From a virus (Duplodnaviria > Caudoviricetes): DNA of 64,000 nt. The stretch lies in IMG/VR virus record IMGVR_UViG_3300028549_001457, positions 96,001 to 160,000 of that record. One strand, written 5' to 3'. The notes under the pieces were generated by a model, which worked only from the letters and a program-made list of their open reading frames with translations, made no database searches and was not told where the DNA came from. Below are positions 37,765 through 46,634 of the stretch, one piece after another. Numbering within the stretch: the first letter of the stretch is position 1; each line of letters begins with the position of its first letter. A program made the translations under genes and the position numbers.

Positions 37765-38448
37765 ATGTCTGACGCAATTCCAGCATCTATGCCCAATGTT
37801 ATCTCTAAAGAGGCAGTTCCTGGGAATCTCCAGCTATTTGAAGATTTTGCGATGGAAGCGTGGGACCTGATTCGTGGGCCTCAATGTAACATTAATACTA
37901 AAGCCTACGATTTTTATAACATTAATGACATTCATCAGGCACTTTCTGATCATGGGCAGGCTGAGGCCTACCTTACCGAGCTAGAATCTCTTTATCGCAA
38001 GAATCTACTGATGTTTAAATCTTTTGACCGTGATGTGGAAAACTTGTTTGGTATATTCTTTCGGAGAGATTTTCTCCCAAGAAGTATTAAAGTTAGTGGG
38101 ATGTCCCAGAGTATGTTTGAGGGAATGGCTGATGAAGAGTTCACTGCAGCTTATGGGTTTGATCGCACTAAGATTAGATACGTAGAAGATGTTTACAAGG
38201 AACTCAAAAAAACTTTTGATCAGCAGCATGAATACCTCAAGGGTATCTACTGGGAAATCAAGGACTGCACGAAGTTAGTTGAAATGGCCTTTAACACACA
38301 AAACTCGGGTGTCCCACGATTGACTGCTTCTAGGATTGAGAGTGATGGCACTCCTCAGGCACAGATGCCTAGGGTTAGAGCTGACTCACTTCCCATGCCA
38401 GCCCCCCATCCTCCGCAATTACCCCCGGAGTTTAGACTTCAGGGTTAA
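37765..38448 (+). CDS. Helical hypothetical protein with Pro-rich tail
   Basis: 227-aa ORF; helical core, PAPHPPQLPP tail. Confidence 0.65.
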   Translation: MSDAIPASMPNVISKEAVPGNLQLFEDFAMEAWDLIRGPQCNINTKAYDFYNINDIHQALSDHGQAEAYLTELESLYRKNLLMFKSFDRDVENLFGIFFRRDFLPRSIKVSGMSQSMFEGMADEEFTAAYGFDRTKIRYVEDVYKELKKTFDQQHEYLKGIYWEIKDCTKLVEMAFNTQNSGVPRLTASRIESDGTPQAQMPRVRADSLPMPAPHPPQLPPEFRLQG

Positions 38449-38519
38449 ATATCCCACTTGGGAACTCTCGTGAACCAGCCCATCCACGAGATTAACGTAA
38501 GGGCTACTTGGAGTCATTT

Positions 38520-38888
38520 ATGACTGATACTGTTGCAAAGAAGGTTCGTAAGACCCCCGAAGAGAAGCTTGCGCTGTGCAAGGACGCCGCTCGTATGGGC
38601 CTCGATGAAATGTCCCTTGAGTTGGTGCAGCGTTTCCCCGATCTAACCCCCAAGGAAGCTAAGGAAATCCTAGAAGCTACTTTTGAGATTATTGAGGGTT
38701 CTCTTAAGGCAGGTAGAAACGTTCTTGTTCGTGGCTTTGGTAGTTTCCAGTGTCGTGAACGTAAGGCTAGGAAGGTTCACAACCCACGTGCTGCCGCTGG
38801 TGCTCCTAACGAATGGAGTGAAGTTACAGCTTGTACTGCTTTCCGGTTTAAGCCGGGTCGTGAAATGAAGCCCGTTTTTCATAAGTAA
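38520..38888 (+). CDS. HU/IHF-family DNA-binding protein
   Basis: V.VRGFGSFQ.RERKAR..HNP...FKPG; SD GGAG supports ATG 38520. Confidence 0.9.
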   Translation: MTDTVAKKVRKTPEEKLALCKDAARMGLDEMSLELVQRFPDLTPKEAKEILEATFEIIEGSLKAGRNVLVRGFGSFQCRERKARKVHNPRAAAGAPNEWSEVTACTAFRFKPGREMKPVFHK

Positions 38889-38902
38889 GTTTAAGCATCA
38901 AA

Positions 38903-38974
38903 GGTTGGCTTGTTGTTTTTATCTTTAGTATATCCTAGAGTCTATGGCACTAAGATATAAAACTCAAGCCAACC
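38903..38974 (+). promoter_or_regulatory. Long imperfect hairpin in the SSB leader
   Basis: GGTTGGCTTG (38903-12) pairs with CAAGCCAACC (38965-74); pairing extends imperfectly inward over 38913-38929 and 38949-38964. Confidence 0.6.
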
Positions 38975-39020
38975 ACCCACTCCAACCCAACCCAACCCGG
39001 CTCTAACCCAGCCCAACCCA
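38969..39020 (+). repeat. C/A-rich CCAAC/AACCC pentamer tract
   Basis: ccaaccacccactccaacccaacccaacccggctctaacccagcccaaccca immediately before SD GGAG. Confidence 0.8.
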
Positions 39021-39029
39021 GGAGCTTAA

Positions 39030-39995
39030 ATGCTTGCAGGTGGAATTTCCTTCGGGACAAATATCTCCACGGACCTTCCGAAGTTCGTGTGCAACCCTAA
39101 TCAGACCTATCGAGCCGCTATTTTGCATTATGTTGACGCAAATCAGCAGCTTCAGCCCATTATTCGGGCTAATAGGACTCACTTTCATCAGGTTCCGGAA
39201 GGCCAGCAGGGGCTAGGTGGTTTCATCTGCCTCTCTACTGAGGATTCGGTAGCCTCTTGCTGTCAGAATACTGGGTTGTTTAATGACCCTCTATACAAGA
39301 TCGCTATTCCTATTGTGCTTTATCAGACTAACTATCAGGGTGACATTGTTCCTGGGTTCCCCCCTGAGTTGCAGGTTCTCATTATTTATGAGCGTGGCTG
39401 GAGTAAGTTGAATAACATCAACAAGACCTACCCCCTTATGTCAAATGATTTCACGATCACAGGTAAAAAACAGGGGAAGGGCGTGACTATGGATTTCATG
39501 CCAGCAGGCCCAGCCTATTGGCAGTCTGATCAGACTATCTTTGGTCAGCTTTTGAGCAAGGCCAAGGTTCTGGTAGAAGGCCCCGGTCTGGCGAGTATTG
39601 ATAAGATGCTGGGCAGAAAGGTGACTATTCAGGAGATTGACAACGCTGTTAGAGCCGCTGCTGGACTTCCTCCCACACTTCCAGCCCCTCCAGCCATTCC
39701 TCCCGTCCCTCTCATGCCTTCTATGATGGGTGGAGCTATGCCCCATGCTGCGGCTATGACTCCCCCCGCACTTCCCGCGAGTGCTCCTACAGCGGCTCCC
39801 CTTAGTCCTATGGGTGGTGGTGGGCTTCCTGCTGTTGCTGGGCTCCCTGCTGTTGCTCCAGTTCCGCAAACACTCGTGGAACCCCCTTCAGCACCTGCCA
39901 CCGGGCCAGCTTCTGCGGCTCAAATCTCGGCCATTGCTGGGCTGTTGGCCCCCCCTCCCGCCGTTGCTCCTGATGGACCTGAGGATCCTGCGTAG
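39030..39995 (+). CDS. ssb: Phage single-stranded DNA-binding protein (gp32-like) with long Pro/Ala tail
   Basis: THFH..FICL..SCC putative Zn site, IAIPIVLY, NDFTIT; replication context; low-complexity C-terminus. Confidence 0.6.
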   Translation: MLAGGISFGTNISTDLPKFVCNPNQTYRAAILHYVDANQQLQPIIRANRTHFHQVPEGQQGLGGFICLSTEDSVASCCQNTGLFNDPLYKIAIPIVLYQTNYQGDIVPGFPPELQVLIIYERGWSKLNNINKTYPLMSNDFTITGKKQGKGVTMDFMPAGPAYWQSDQTIFGQLLSKAKVLVEGPGLASIDKMLGRKVTIQEIDNAVRAAAGLPPTLPAPPAIPPVPLMPSMMGGAMPHAAAMTPPALPASAPTAAPLSPMGGGGLPAVAGLPAVAPVPQTLVEPPSAPATGPASAAQISAIAGLLAPPPAVAPDGPEDPA

Positions 39996-40011
39996 TCCCC
40001 TATTCACAAGA

Positions 40012-40041
40012 TTAAAAAAGGCCCCCAGGGGCCTTTTTTAA
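40012..40041 (+). terminator. Intrinsic (bidirectional-type) terminator
   Basis: TTAAAAAAGGCCC-CCAG-GGGCCTTTTTTAA. Confidence 0.85.
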
Positions 40042-40043
40042 TC

Positions 40044-40048
40044 TGTAT
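40044..40048 (+). promoter_or_regulatory. TGTAT candidate promoter element
   Basis: Directly after the terminator; begins 13 nt before an SD-less ATG. Confidence 0.55.
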
Positions 40049-40056
40049 ATACTACT

Positions 40057-40914
40057 ATGACAACCGTTTCTTTTTACTCTGACTGTCTGCCTGCATATGA
40101 AAGAGCCCTTTTAAATAAAGAGTGGCCCATTCCCAGGCTACCAGATGTTGATTTTAACCTAGATATTGGGGTTGACCCATCTATGTCATCGTCTGGTATC
40201 TGCATCATCCTCAGACGTAAGACAGATATTATAAAGTGTCTAACGTTGAATCATAAGACCCGTCCAGGTAGTCCCACACCAATTAGGTTAGGGAGTCTTA
40301 TAGATGCGATTAATACCTTGATTGATGAGATCCTATCTGACATACCTTCGTCTAAGCTTCACATAACTATTTTATCTGAGATTCCACCCGTGGCGATGTC
40401 TTCTTCGGGGTGGCTCTTTGCGCTATGTCAAATGTTATGGATTGGGTTTGGTCCGGATGCTCCCGCGCTGCATAAGCTTCATCAGCGTGGGTTTTCTCTC
40501 AATATTACTCAATTTGGCATTGGTGTCCCGCAATTAAAAAATATATATCTTCACTGGGCCTCCCAATCCACTGCCTTTGAGTCAAGAATTACTTTTAAAG
40601 AAGTTTCAAAACAAAAGTCTTTGGTCGTTAAAATTGTTAACCAAGTTATTGACCAAACTCCATTGCGCCCCTTTCTTCCAAAACGCTTTAATAATGACGT
40701 TGCGGAGGGAATTGCTTTAGCTCTCTGTGCGGGTGGGTGCGCTGATATTTGTAGTTATGATCTGTCAGAGGACATAACTTGTGTTTCTCCGATTATCCCG
40801 GTCAAACTATTGCACTCCCTCATGGTTAACCAAAAAGTTAATAAGCAAAATCAAAGAATGGGGTGGGTATATCGTCCCCTGGAATATTCTTTTGGTTGGG
40901 TTGCCCCTGCTTAG
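40057..40914 (+). CDS. RuvC-like Holliday junction resolvase
   Basis: IGVDPSMSSSGICI, ILSEIP, KSLVVKIV, NNDVAEGIALA acidic catalytic layout. Confidence 0.65.
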   Translation: MTTVSFYSDCLPAYERALLNKEWPIPRLPDVDFNLDIGVDPSMSSSGICIILRRKTDIIKCLTLNHKTRPGSPTPIRLGSLIDAINTLIDEILSDIPSSKLHITILSEIPPVAMSSSGWLFALCQMLWIGFGPDAPALHKLHQRGFSLNITQFGIGVPQLKNIYLHWASQSTAFESRITFKEVSKQKSLVVKIVNQVIDQTPLRPFLPKRFNNDVAEGIALALCAGGCADICSYDLSEDITCVSPIIPVKLLHSLMVNQKVNKQNQRMGWVYRPLEYSFGWVAPA

Positions 40915-40962
40915 GTCTAGAGGTTTCCTAACTGTATCTACAACTATCTAATGAGGTGCCAT

Positions 40963-42282
40963 ATGGCGGCTAAAAAAGCCCCGTCTAATTTTGCAGAACT
41001 CGCCCAATCGCTGAAAGATTCAGCAGATGCCTCCCTGGGGTATATTTCTCATGGGGACACTATTAGTGTAATCCCCACTGGATCTATTGTTCTGGACAAG
41101 CTTTCTGGTAAGGGGGGAATCCCCGTTGGGCGCATTACTCAAATTGCTTCCGAACCCGGTATTGGTAAGTCTACGTCAGCGCTTGCTATTGCAGCTTCCT
41201 GTCAGCGATTGGGGGGATGTGTATTATACCTAGATTTCGAGCAGTCACTTACGGCTGAATACATTGAGATGATGGGTTGCGTCCTTGATAACCAGACCAT
41301 GATTTTTGCTCAGCCAACTGATATTGATGCGGCTTGGGAAATTATTGACATGGCTAGTAATCTAAACGTAAACCTCATCATTCTCGACTCGCTTGCAGCA
41401 ATGTTCCCCCGAGTGGAGGATGAGGATTTTAAGAACCTCAAGGCTTCCGTGGGCTTCCAGGCAAAGGGGCTATCTCTCTTTATTCCTCGTTTGAAGTCCC
41501 TGGCTCGTGTTAAAAATTTCGCCGTGCTTATGATTAATCAGGTTCGTGCTAAAATTTCTATGGGGTGGGGTTCCCAGTTCGTGAAGTCTCCTGCTTACGA
41601 AAAAGAACTCCCCGGTGGATTTATTCCTAAGTTTTACACAGATCTTCTCTACTATTACTCTCTCCGAAAGACTGAAAAAGAGTCCGGAAGAAATATTATG
41701 GGAGAAAAAACAGACGTTCATACAGGTCAGGAAATTAAAGTTCAGACCTGGAAAAATAAGATTGGCACCCCATTTAAGCATGCGTCCATGTATCTCCAAT
41801 TTGGTCGCGGAATTGATGACTTCCGATCTGTGGTCGAGATGGGCATTAGTCATGGGATTATTGACCTCAAGCGGGGCGGCTTCTGGACCCTTCCTAGCCA
41901 GGGCGATTACCCTGGGGTGGAGGCAGGTAGCCCCATTCTAAGTGGGAGAGGGGAGGATACCATTAGTGAAATGCTTGCGGTAAACCCTCAAGCATTTGAA
42001 TACGTTAGGAATAAGGTCGTGGCTGTGGACTTCATGCAGGATCTTACTAGTGAGGAATCTGCGGGTATCGTCAAACTAATGACTGAAGATGACCCTTCTG
42101 GCGGGGCAGCTCCAGCTCCTCAAGCCCCTCGTTTCCTCTCCGTGCCTACTGGGTTCTCTTCCGTCCCAGCCCCTGCTATGTCGGCACCCCCCATTCCCGT
42201 TTCAGCCCTACCTGAGGATCTTGGGGACGATACAGACGCTCCCCTAGTTAAGCGTGGACGTCCTAAGAGTAAGAAGGACTAA
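40963..42282 (+). CDS. recA: RecA/UvsX-like recombinase with C-terminal extension
   Basis: IPTGSIVLD..GGIPVGRI, EPGIGKST, YLDFEQ, IILDSLAA, MINQVR, KNKIG. Confidence 0.92.
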   Translation: MAAKKAPSNFAELAQSLKDSADASLGYISHGDTISVIPTGSIVLDKLSGKGGIPVGRITQIASEPGIGKSTSALAIAASCQRLGGCVLYLDFEQSLTAEYIEMMGCVLDNQTMIFAQPTDIDAAWEIIDMASNLNVNLIILDSLAAMFPRVEDEDFKNLKASVGFQAKGLSLFIPRLKSLARVKNFAVLMINQVRAKISMGWGSQFVKSPAYEKELPGGFIPKFYTDLLYYYSLRKTEKESGRNIMGEKTDVHTGQEIKVQTWKNKIGTPFKHASMYLQFGRGIDDFRSVVEMGISHGIIDLKRGGFWTLPSQGDYPGVEAGSPILSGRGEDTISEMLAVNPQAFEYVRNKVVAVDFMQDLTSEESAGIVKLMTEDDPSGGAAPAPQAPRFLSVPTGFSSVPAPAMSAPPIPVSALPEDLGDDTDAPLVKRGRPKSKKD

Positions 42283-42283
42283 T

Positions 42284-42628
42284 ATGCAAATTAAGGATGA
42301 GATTATTAATAATTTGGACTCATTGAGTGTTACAGATCTGACAGCCCTTCATTTGATCATCTGTGAACGTAAGGGTCAGTTTGCCCGAGAAGGCTGGACT
42401 CAGGAACATGATGACCATCAAAAAGATGGGGACTTGGCCCTGGCCTCTGCAGCCTATGCTAAGGCAGCTTCCGATGAGATTAATGGTGGCGATGTAAAAT
42501 GCCCCCCCTGGTGGCCATGGGCAAAGCACTGGTTTAAGCCGCATGGGTTTCAGCGTAATCTAGAGCGCTCTGGGGCGCTTATTATTGCTGAAATGAGCCG
42601 TTTGCTTCGTATGGAAGACCCCAAGTAG
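42284..42628 (+). CDS. Conserved phage protein of unknown function
   Basis: EGWTQEHDD..GDLALASAAYA..WPW..WFKP..RNLERSGALIIAE pattern common in phages. Confidence 0.7.
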   Translation: MQIKDEIINNLDSLSVTDLTALHLIICERKGQFAREGWTQEHDDHQKDGDLALASAAYAKAASDEINGGDVKCPPWWPWAKHWFKPHGFQRNLERSGALIIAEMSRLLRMEDPK

Positions 42629-42632
42629 CCTC

Positions 42633-44048
42633 ATGTTTACCCTTCGTGTTACTAACTTCCAATCAATCCAGGATATTGAACTCCAAGTTCAGGGTCTGAC
42701 AGTTTTAACAGCCCCTTCTCATTCTGGTAAGAGCGCCATTGTTAGGGCCGTTGATACGCTTCTGACCTCTAATTGGTATCAAGAGGCGTATCAACGGAAG
42801 GGGACCTCCCTAACGACAGTTTCGCTGCAGCATGAAGGGGACTCCCTAGAGTTTATTCGAAAAGGTTCCTCTACCACATACAAGATTAATAACGAATCCT
42901 ACGGAAAGCTTGGTAGAAAAGTCCCCCTAGAGCTACAACAGGCAGGGTATGGGGAAGTTCAGATATCAGAGTCTGCCTCAGAAACTACAACTATTCTTCC
43001 TCAGCTTCAAAATCAATTTGATGGACCTTATCAGGATACTATTAAACCAGCGTCCCTAACTCAACTCTTAGGTTCGTTTACGAATTTAACCCCCTTTCAA
43101 ACGGGGCAAGATAAAGCTAAGAAACAGCAAGCGGATGCTGTTAGGGAAATTTCTAGGCTGCAAAAAGATAGGCTTAAATTGGAAACACTAGTCCAAACTT
43201 TTAGCGCTTTTTCACCTAATACTACGCAATGTCAATTAGAAAATCTTAATACCGCTCTAGCATACACGGATGTTTCCAGGTTTACTTTAACCTCTATTAT
43301 ATCTAAATATGAGCTTCTCTCTAAATTAAATTACACAAGAAACCTGCAGAAAATTTATGGGGATCAGGACTCAGTTGTTAGAGTTGTAAAACCCTTTATT
43401 TCTACGGTTAAACCAACATCCCTCCAAGTTTATAATATATGTAATGCTTGGTCACGTGTAGCCTACATGAAGGCGTTGAAGCTCCGTCTTAGTGGGATGC
43501 TTCCCAAGATGGTGGCTCCCACGGCTTCTCTTGCACAGACACTTACTGTGGTTGGGGGGCACCTCATCCAGGTAAATATTGGGTGGTCTAACGGAGGATA
43601 CTTAAAATACCTGCAGAGAAACTTAAGTCAGGTATATCCTCCTGGGGTTATTGCTACTAGAGGGTTGGTTAAACTCACTGCATCTTTGAAACATCAAATT
43701 TCCGATATACTCCACCATAAACTAGAGGCTCATAAAGCAGCCTCTGTTCGAGAATCCTTACAGACCAGCTTTAAATTAAAGAGATTAGGTTCTCATGTGC
43801 GGGTGTTTATCGTTGTTTCAAGAGATTTCTCTCATGACTTTAAAGCTTTGGTTGAGAGGGTGGAGTCTTATAGAGGCTTGCAATCAGACTTTGCCCACCA
43901 ACAACAAGCCCTTGCTGATTTAACTAAACGGAAGCTGGACCTAGAGAAAGCCGCTACAGAAGGTCTTTGTCCGTTATGCTTCACACCCCTGGTAGATGGT
44001 CATGCAAATACAATTCAGCATATATCTAAAAAATCTAAGAAATCCTGA
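42633..44048 (+). CDS. sbcC: Rad50/SbcC-like ATPase, N-terminal half ending at the Zn hook
   Basis: LRVTNFQSI, Walker A APSHSGKS, Q-loop QNQFD, coiled coil, CPLC; no signature or Walker B. Confidence 0.8.
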   Translation: MFTLRVTNFQSIQDIELQVQGLTVLTAPSHSGKSAIVRAVDTLLTSNWYQEAYQRKGTSLTTVSLQHEGDSLEFIRKGSSTTYKINNESYGKLGRKVPLELQQAGYGEVQISESASETTTILPQLQNQFDGPYQDTIKPASLTQLLGSFTNLTPFQTGQDKAKKQQADAVREISRLQKDRLKLETLVQTFSAFSPNTTQCQLENLNTALAYTDVSRFTLTSIISKYELLSKLNYTRNLQKIYGDQDSVVRVVKPFISTVKPTSLQVYNICNAWSRVAYMKALKLRLSGMLPKMVAPTASLAQTLTVVGGHLIQVNIGWSNGGYLKYLQRNLSQVYPPGVIATRGLVKLTASLKHQISDILHHKLEAHKAASVRESLQTSFKLKRLGSHVRVFIVVSRDFSHDFKALVERVESYRGLQSDFAHQQQALADLTKRKLDLEKAATEGLCPLCFTPLVDGHANTIQHISKKSKKS

Positions 44049-44198
44049 GGGTATCCTCCAAGTTGTTTCCTATACGGGATATTCTATTGTAGGAACCCCG
44101 ATTACCCCCACAGCAACCTTCCCCATAAAATCTACAAAGTTAGGTGTTATATCTGAATTTCCTATTGCGTAGTCTCGTATTTAGGTCAGGAGGCTACA

Positions 44199-44906
44199 AT
44201 GGAATTCATTCATAAGGTTTCAAAAAGTACCAATCTGGATAAACTCAGCCAAGATATGCTAGACGCCATGGCGTACATGTTTGAGAATGTCCAGGATATG
44301 GGGCAAAACATCCAGGCTATCGAAGTTCGCCTGGGGGCTGACATCTGGTTGAGTTTCACGACTGGGTTTAATGCCATGGAGCAAGTATCTCGACTTACAA
44401 CCGATTATGTAAATGAACTGGTGGTTTGCCATGAAGACCCTGCGTGGGCTTGCGTCCTCAAGAAGGATTGTCCAGGGGACCCGGTTCGCGGGGAACGCAT
44501 TTATCAGAAACGGTTTATTACAAATAGGCCGGAGTCTCTTACTACATGGCTAGGGAAGGGGTTTCTTGCCCACGCCCTACTTGTACTTATCATGGCTTAT
44601 TTGTCTATCTTTCACCAGATTTATAAAATTCCGGGTATGCCCAAGGAAGCCGGTAATGTTCTCTTGATGCTAACCCCCGTTTGGGTTGTGACTGGAGTTT
44701 TCTTCGGATCGTTTTTGTTGGTATCTGCCGCATATGAAATCTTTGGAGCTATTGTCCAGCAACACTTTTACATGTGGAGAGGGGACACCCCCTTTAAACG
44801 ACAGAATCTACTGCGAAGAATGCTCAATGGGGTTGGTTTTGGATTCCTAGTTATGTTCCTTCTGCAGCCTAAGGGTGTTATTGCACTGATTAAATGGATG
44901 TTCTAA
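44199..44906 (+). CDS. Hypothetical multi-pass membrane protein
   Basis: SD AGGAGG; about three hydrophobic segments in the C-terminal half. Confidence 0.7.
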   Translation: MEFIHKVSKSTNLDKLSQDMLDAMAYMFENVQDMGQNIQAIEVRLGADIWLSFTTGFNAMEQVSRLTTDYVNELVVCHEDPAWACVLKKDCPGDPVRGERIYQKRFITNRPESLTTWLGKGFLAHALLVLIMAYLSIFHQIYKIPGMPKEAGNVLLMLTPVWVVTGVFFGSFLLVSAAYEIFGAIVQQHFYMWRGDTPFKRQNLLRRMLNGVGFGFLVMFLLQPKGVIALIKWMF

Positions 44907-46130
44907 ATGCCCTCACTTCGATTTAATTATACCACAGACCACCATTTTAGTCATCGTCCACCTGGGCGTAGGCAGGGTGATTATTGGGTGGATCTTTCGT
45001 CTAAGATGGATCAGGTCTCCGCACATTGCCGTGATACGGGTAGTATTCCTCTGTTTGGGGGGGATCTTTTTCATCTAAAGGACCCCTCTAAAATAGCAAC
45101 CTTTCCGCTTCTAAATTTTGTAGGGGCCATGGGCACTCTGCTTAGCAGATTCCCCCAGGCCCCTTTGTGTGCTGTGGGGAATCATGACATTAGATTTGAT
45201 AGACTTTCAACTCTTCCTGAGCAACCCCTGGGGCTACTGTCATCCACGGGGGTTGTTGACCTACTCTGTAATTACAACCCTCTTAATTTAGATACCTGGG
45301 ACGCTCCATCAGGTCATACATACCTTGTTGAGAAGGTCTTATCAGGGAAATCCTTCTCAACAAACGAAGGATCTCATGTATATGTCTATTCAACTCCCTA
45401 CATTGAAGACCCACAGGATCTCCTAGCATACCTAGGGTCTTCAGTATTTCATACTGCTCTAGGGAGGTTTGTTCAGCAAAGCTTCCCAGAGGTTTCGGTA
45501 GCACAGTCACTTACGGGGATCCTATTACTGCATACACTCTCAGGTCCCTCTGGTGGGGAGTTCTATGGGCTTCAACGGGCTTCCTACGGAGCAATCCATG
45601 CCGCATTATCTAACTCATCCCTGGGTCGGGCTACTTCTGCGGTGCTCTTTGGGCACGAACACTCCGAGCTAGCTGATTCGGTCTTTCCTTTAGACCAAAG
45701 CCCAATTCCATTTAATAATTTGCCCTCTGGCTTTTATTTAGCTACCACTGGGACTATTTATATAAACCCAGCTTCATTCTCAAGATCCTCTCTAGACTAC
45801 ACATCCGAGGAAGATTCCGAGAGATCTGTATATATGGTTGAGCTAACATACACGCCCAGTCCAACGGGGCTTGGTCTTGGGGCTGTTAAAATACCTTTGC
45901 AAACTAGGCCAATTACCCAATTGTTTGGTGTATCTTCATTGGAGGACCCGCTCAGTCAAGACGGTGATGACCCTATCATTACCGATCCTCTGCCTGTGTG
46001 GACCTCTTTTAATGAAGCACTTACAAAGCTTGAGTCTACAAGTGTAAACCCATATGAGTATCTAGTAACTCGCCTTCAGGAGGAGCCTCTCCAAGTTGCT
46101 GCTGCTGTAAAAACTCTTTTAACTCCCTAA
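44907..46130 (+). CDS. sbcD: Mre11/SbcD-like metallophosphoesterase nuclease
   Basis: TTDHH, GGDLFH, VGNHD, LLLH, FGHEH, INPAS. Confidence 0.85.
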   Translation: MPSLRFNYTTDHHFSHRPPGRRQGDYWVDLSSKMDQVSAHCRDTGSIPLFGGDLFHLKDPSKIATFPLLNFVGAMGTLLSRFPQAPLCAVGNHDIRFDRLSTLPEQPLGLLSSTGVVDLLCNYNPLNLDTWDAPSGHTYLVEKVLSGKSFSTNEGSHVYVYSTPYIEDPQDLLAYLGSSVFHTALGRFVQQSFPEVSVAQSLTGILLLHTLSGPSGGEFYGLQRASYGAIHAALSNSSLGRATSAVLFGHEHSELADSVFPLDQSPIPFNNLPSGFYLATTGTIYINPASFSRSSLDYTSEEDSERSVYMVELTYTPSPTGLGLGAVKIPLQTRPITQLFGVSSLEDPLSQDGDDPIITDPLPVWTSFNEALTKLESTSVNPYEYLVTRLQEEPLQVAAAVKTLLTP

Positions 46131-46217
46131 GCACCCTGTCGTTGGAATTTATAAACCTCTTTTTATAGTGTCCCCACCGAGTCTATCTGTGGTCTGCAAC
46201 AAAACAAAGGTGTTATT

Positions 46218-46634
46218 ATGAAGAATCTATTCGATTTGGCTATGGATATCAGATATAACAGATACTTGTTAGAAGGGTTAAATGCCATCTCAAAGAGTAC
46301 TGCCTTCCCAGTTATCCCTGTTACTATGCAGCAAAAAGTTGAAAAATTAATGCATAGTGTCTCCGATTCAACTTCTCATTTGCAGCTAGCTTGGGGACCC
46401 AATATGGGTCTCTTGGAAGAGTTTATTAGCTATCTGGATGCCACTAAGCGACCCCAACCGTCTGATTCCTCCCTAGAGTTTATTCAAAGCGCCTCTAAGC
46501 TTATTAACGATTATCTTAAAACTTCTGGTAAGAGGCAGCTCAGCTCTTTTAGAGACCCCGAGGATTTTGGTGACAAAAGAGAGCCTGTCCCGGTAGTCCC
46601 TAAGAAGAGAAAGAAATCCGATGGCCCTGCGTGA
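46218..46634 (+). CDS. Hypothetical protein
   Basis: 138-aa ORF with basic C-terminus. Confidence 0.65.
   Translation: MKNLFDLAMDIRYNRYLLEGLNAISKSTAFPVIPVTMQQKVEKLMHSVSDSTSHLQLAWGPNMGLLEEFISYLDATKRPQPSDSSLEFIQSASKLINDYLKTSGKRQLSSFRDPEDFGDKREPVPVVPKKRKKSDGPA

Noticed and set aside
37825-37842. Clamp-binding motif (NLQLF) in the 37765 protein
   Set aside because: Lacks the key Gln of QLxLF; a five-residue resemblance is too weak without conservation data
44067-44098. Hairpin or ncRNA in the 150-nt gap after the SbcC N-half
   Set aside because: Only a weak AT-rich 8-bp stem without U-tract; not distinguishable from chance
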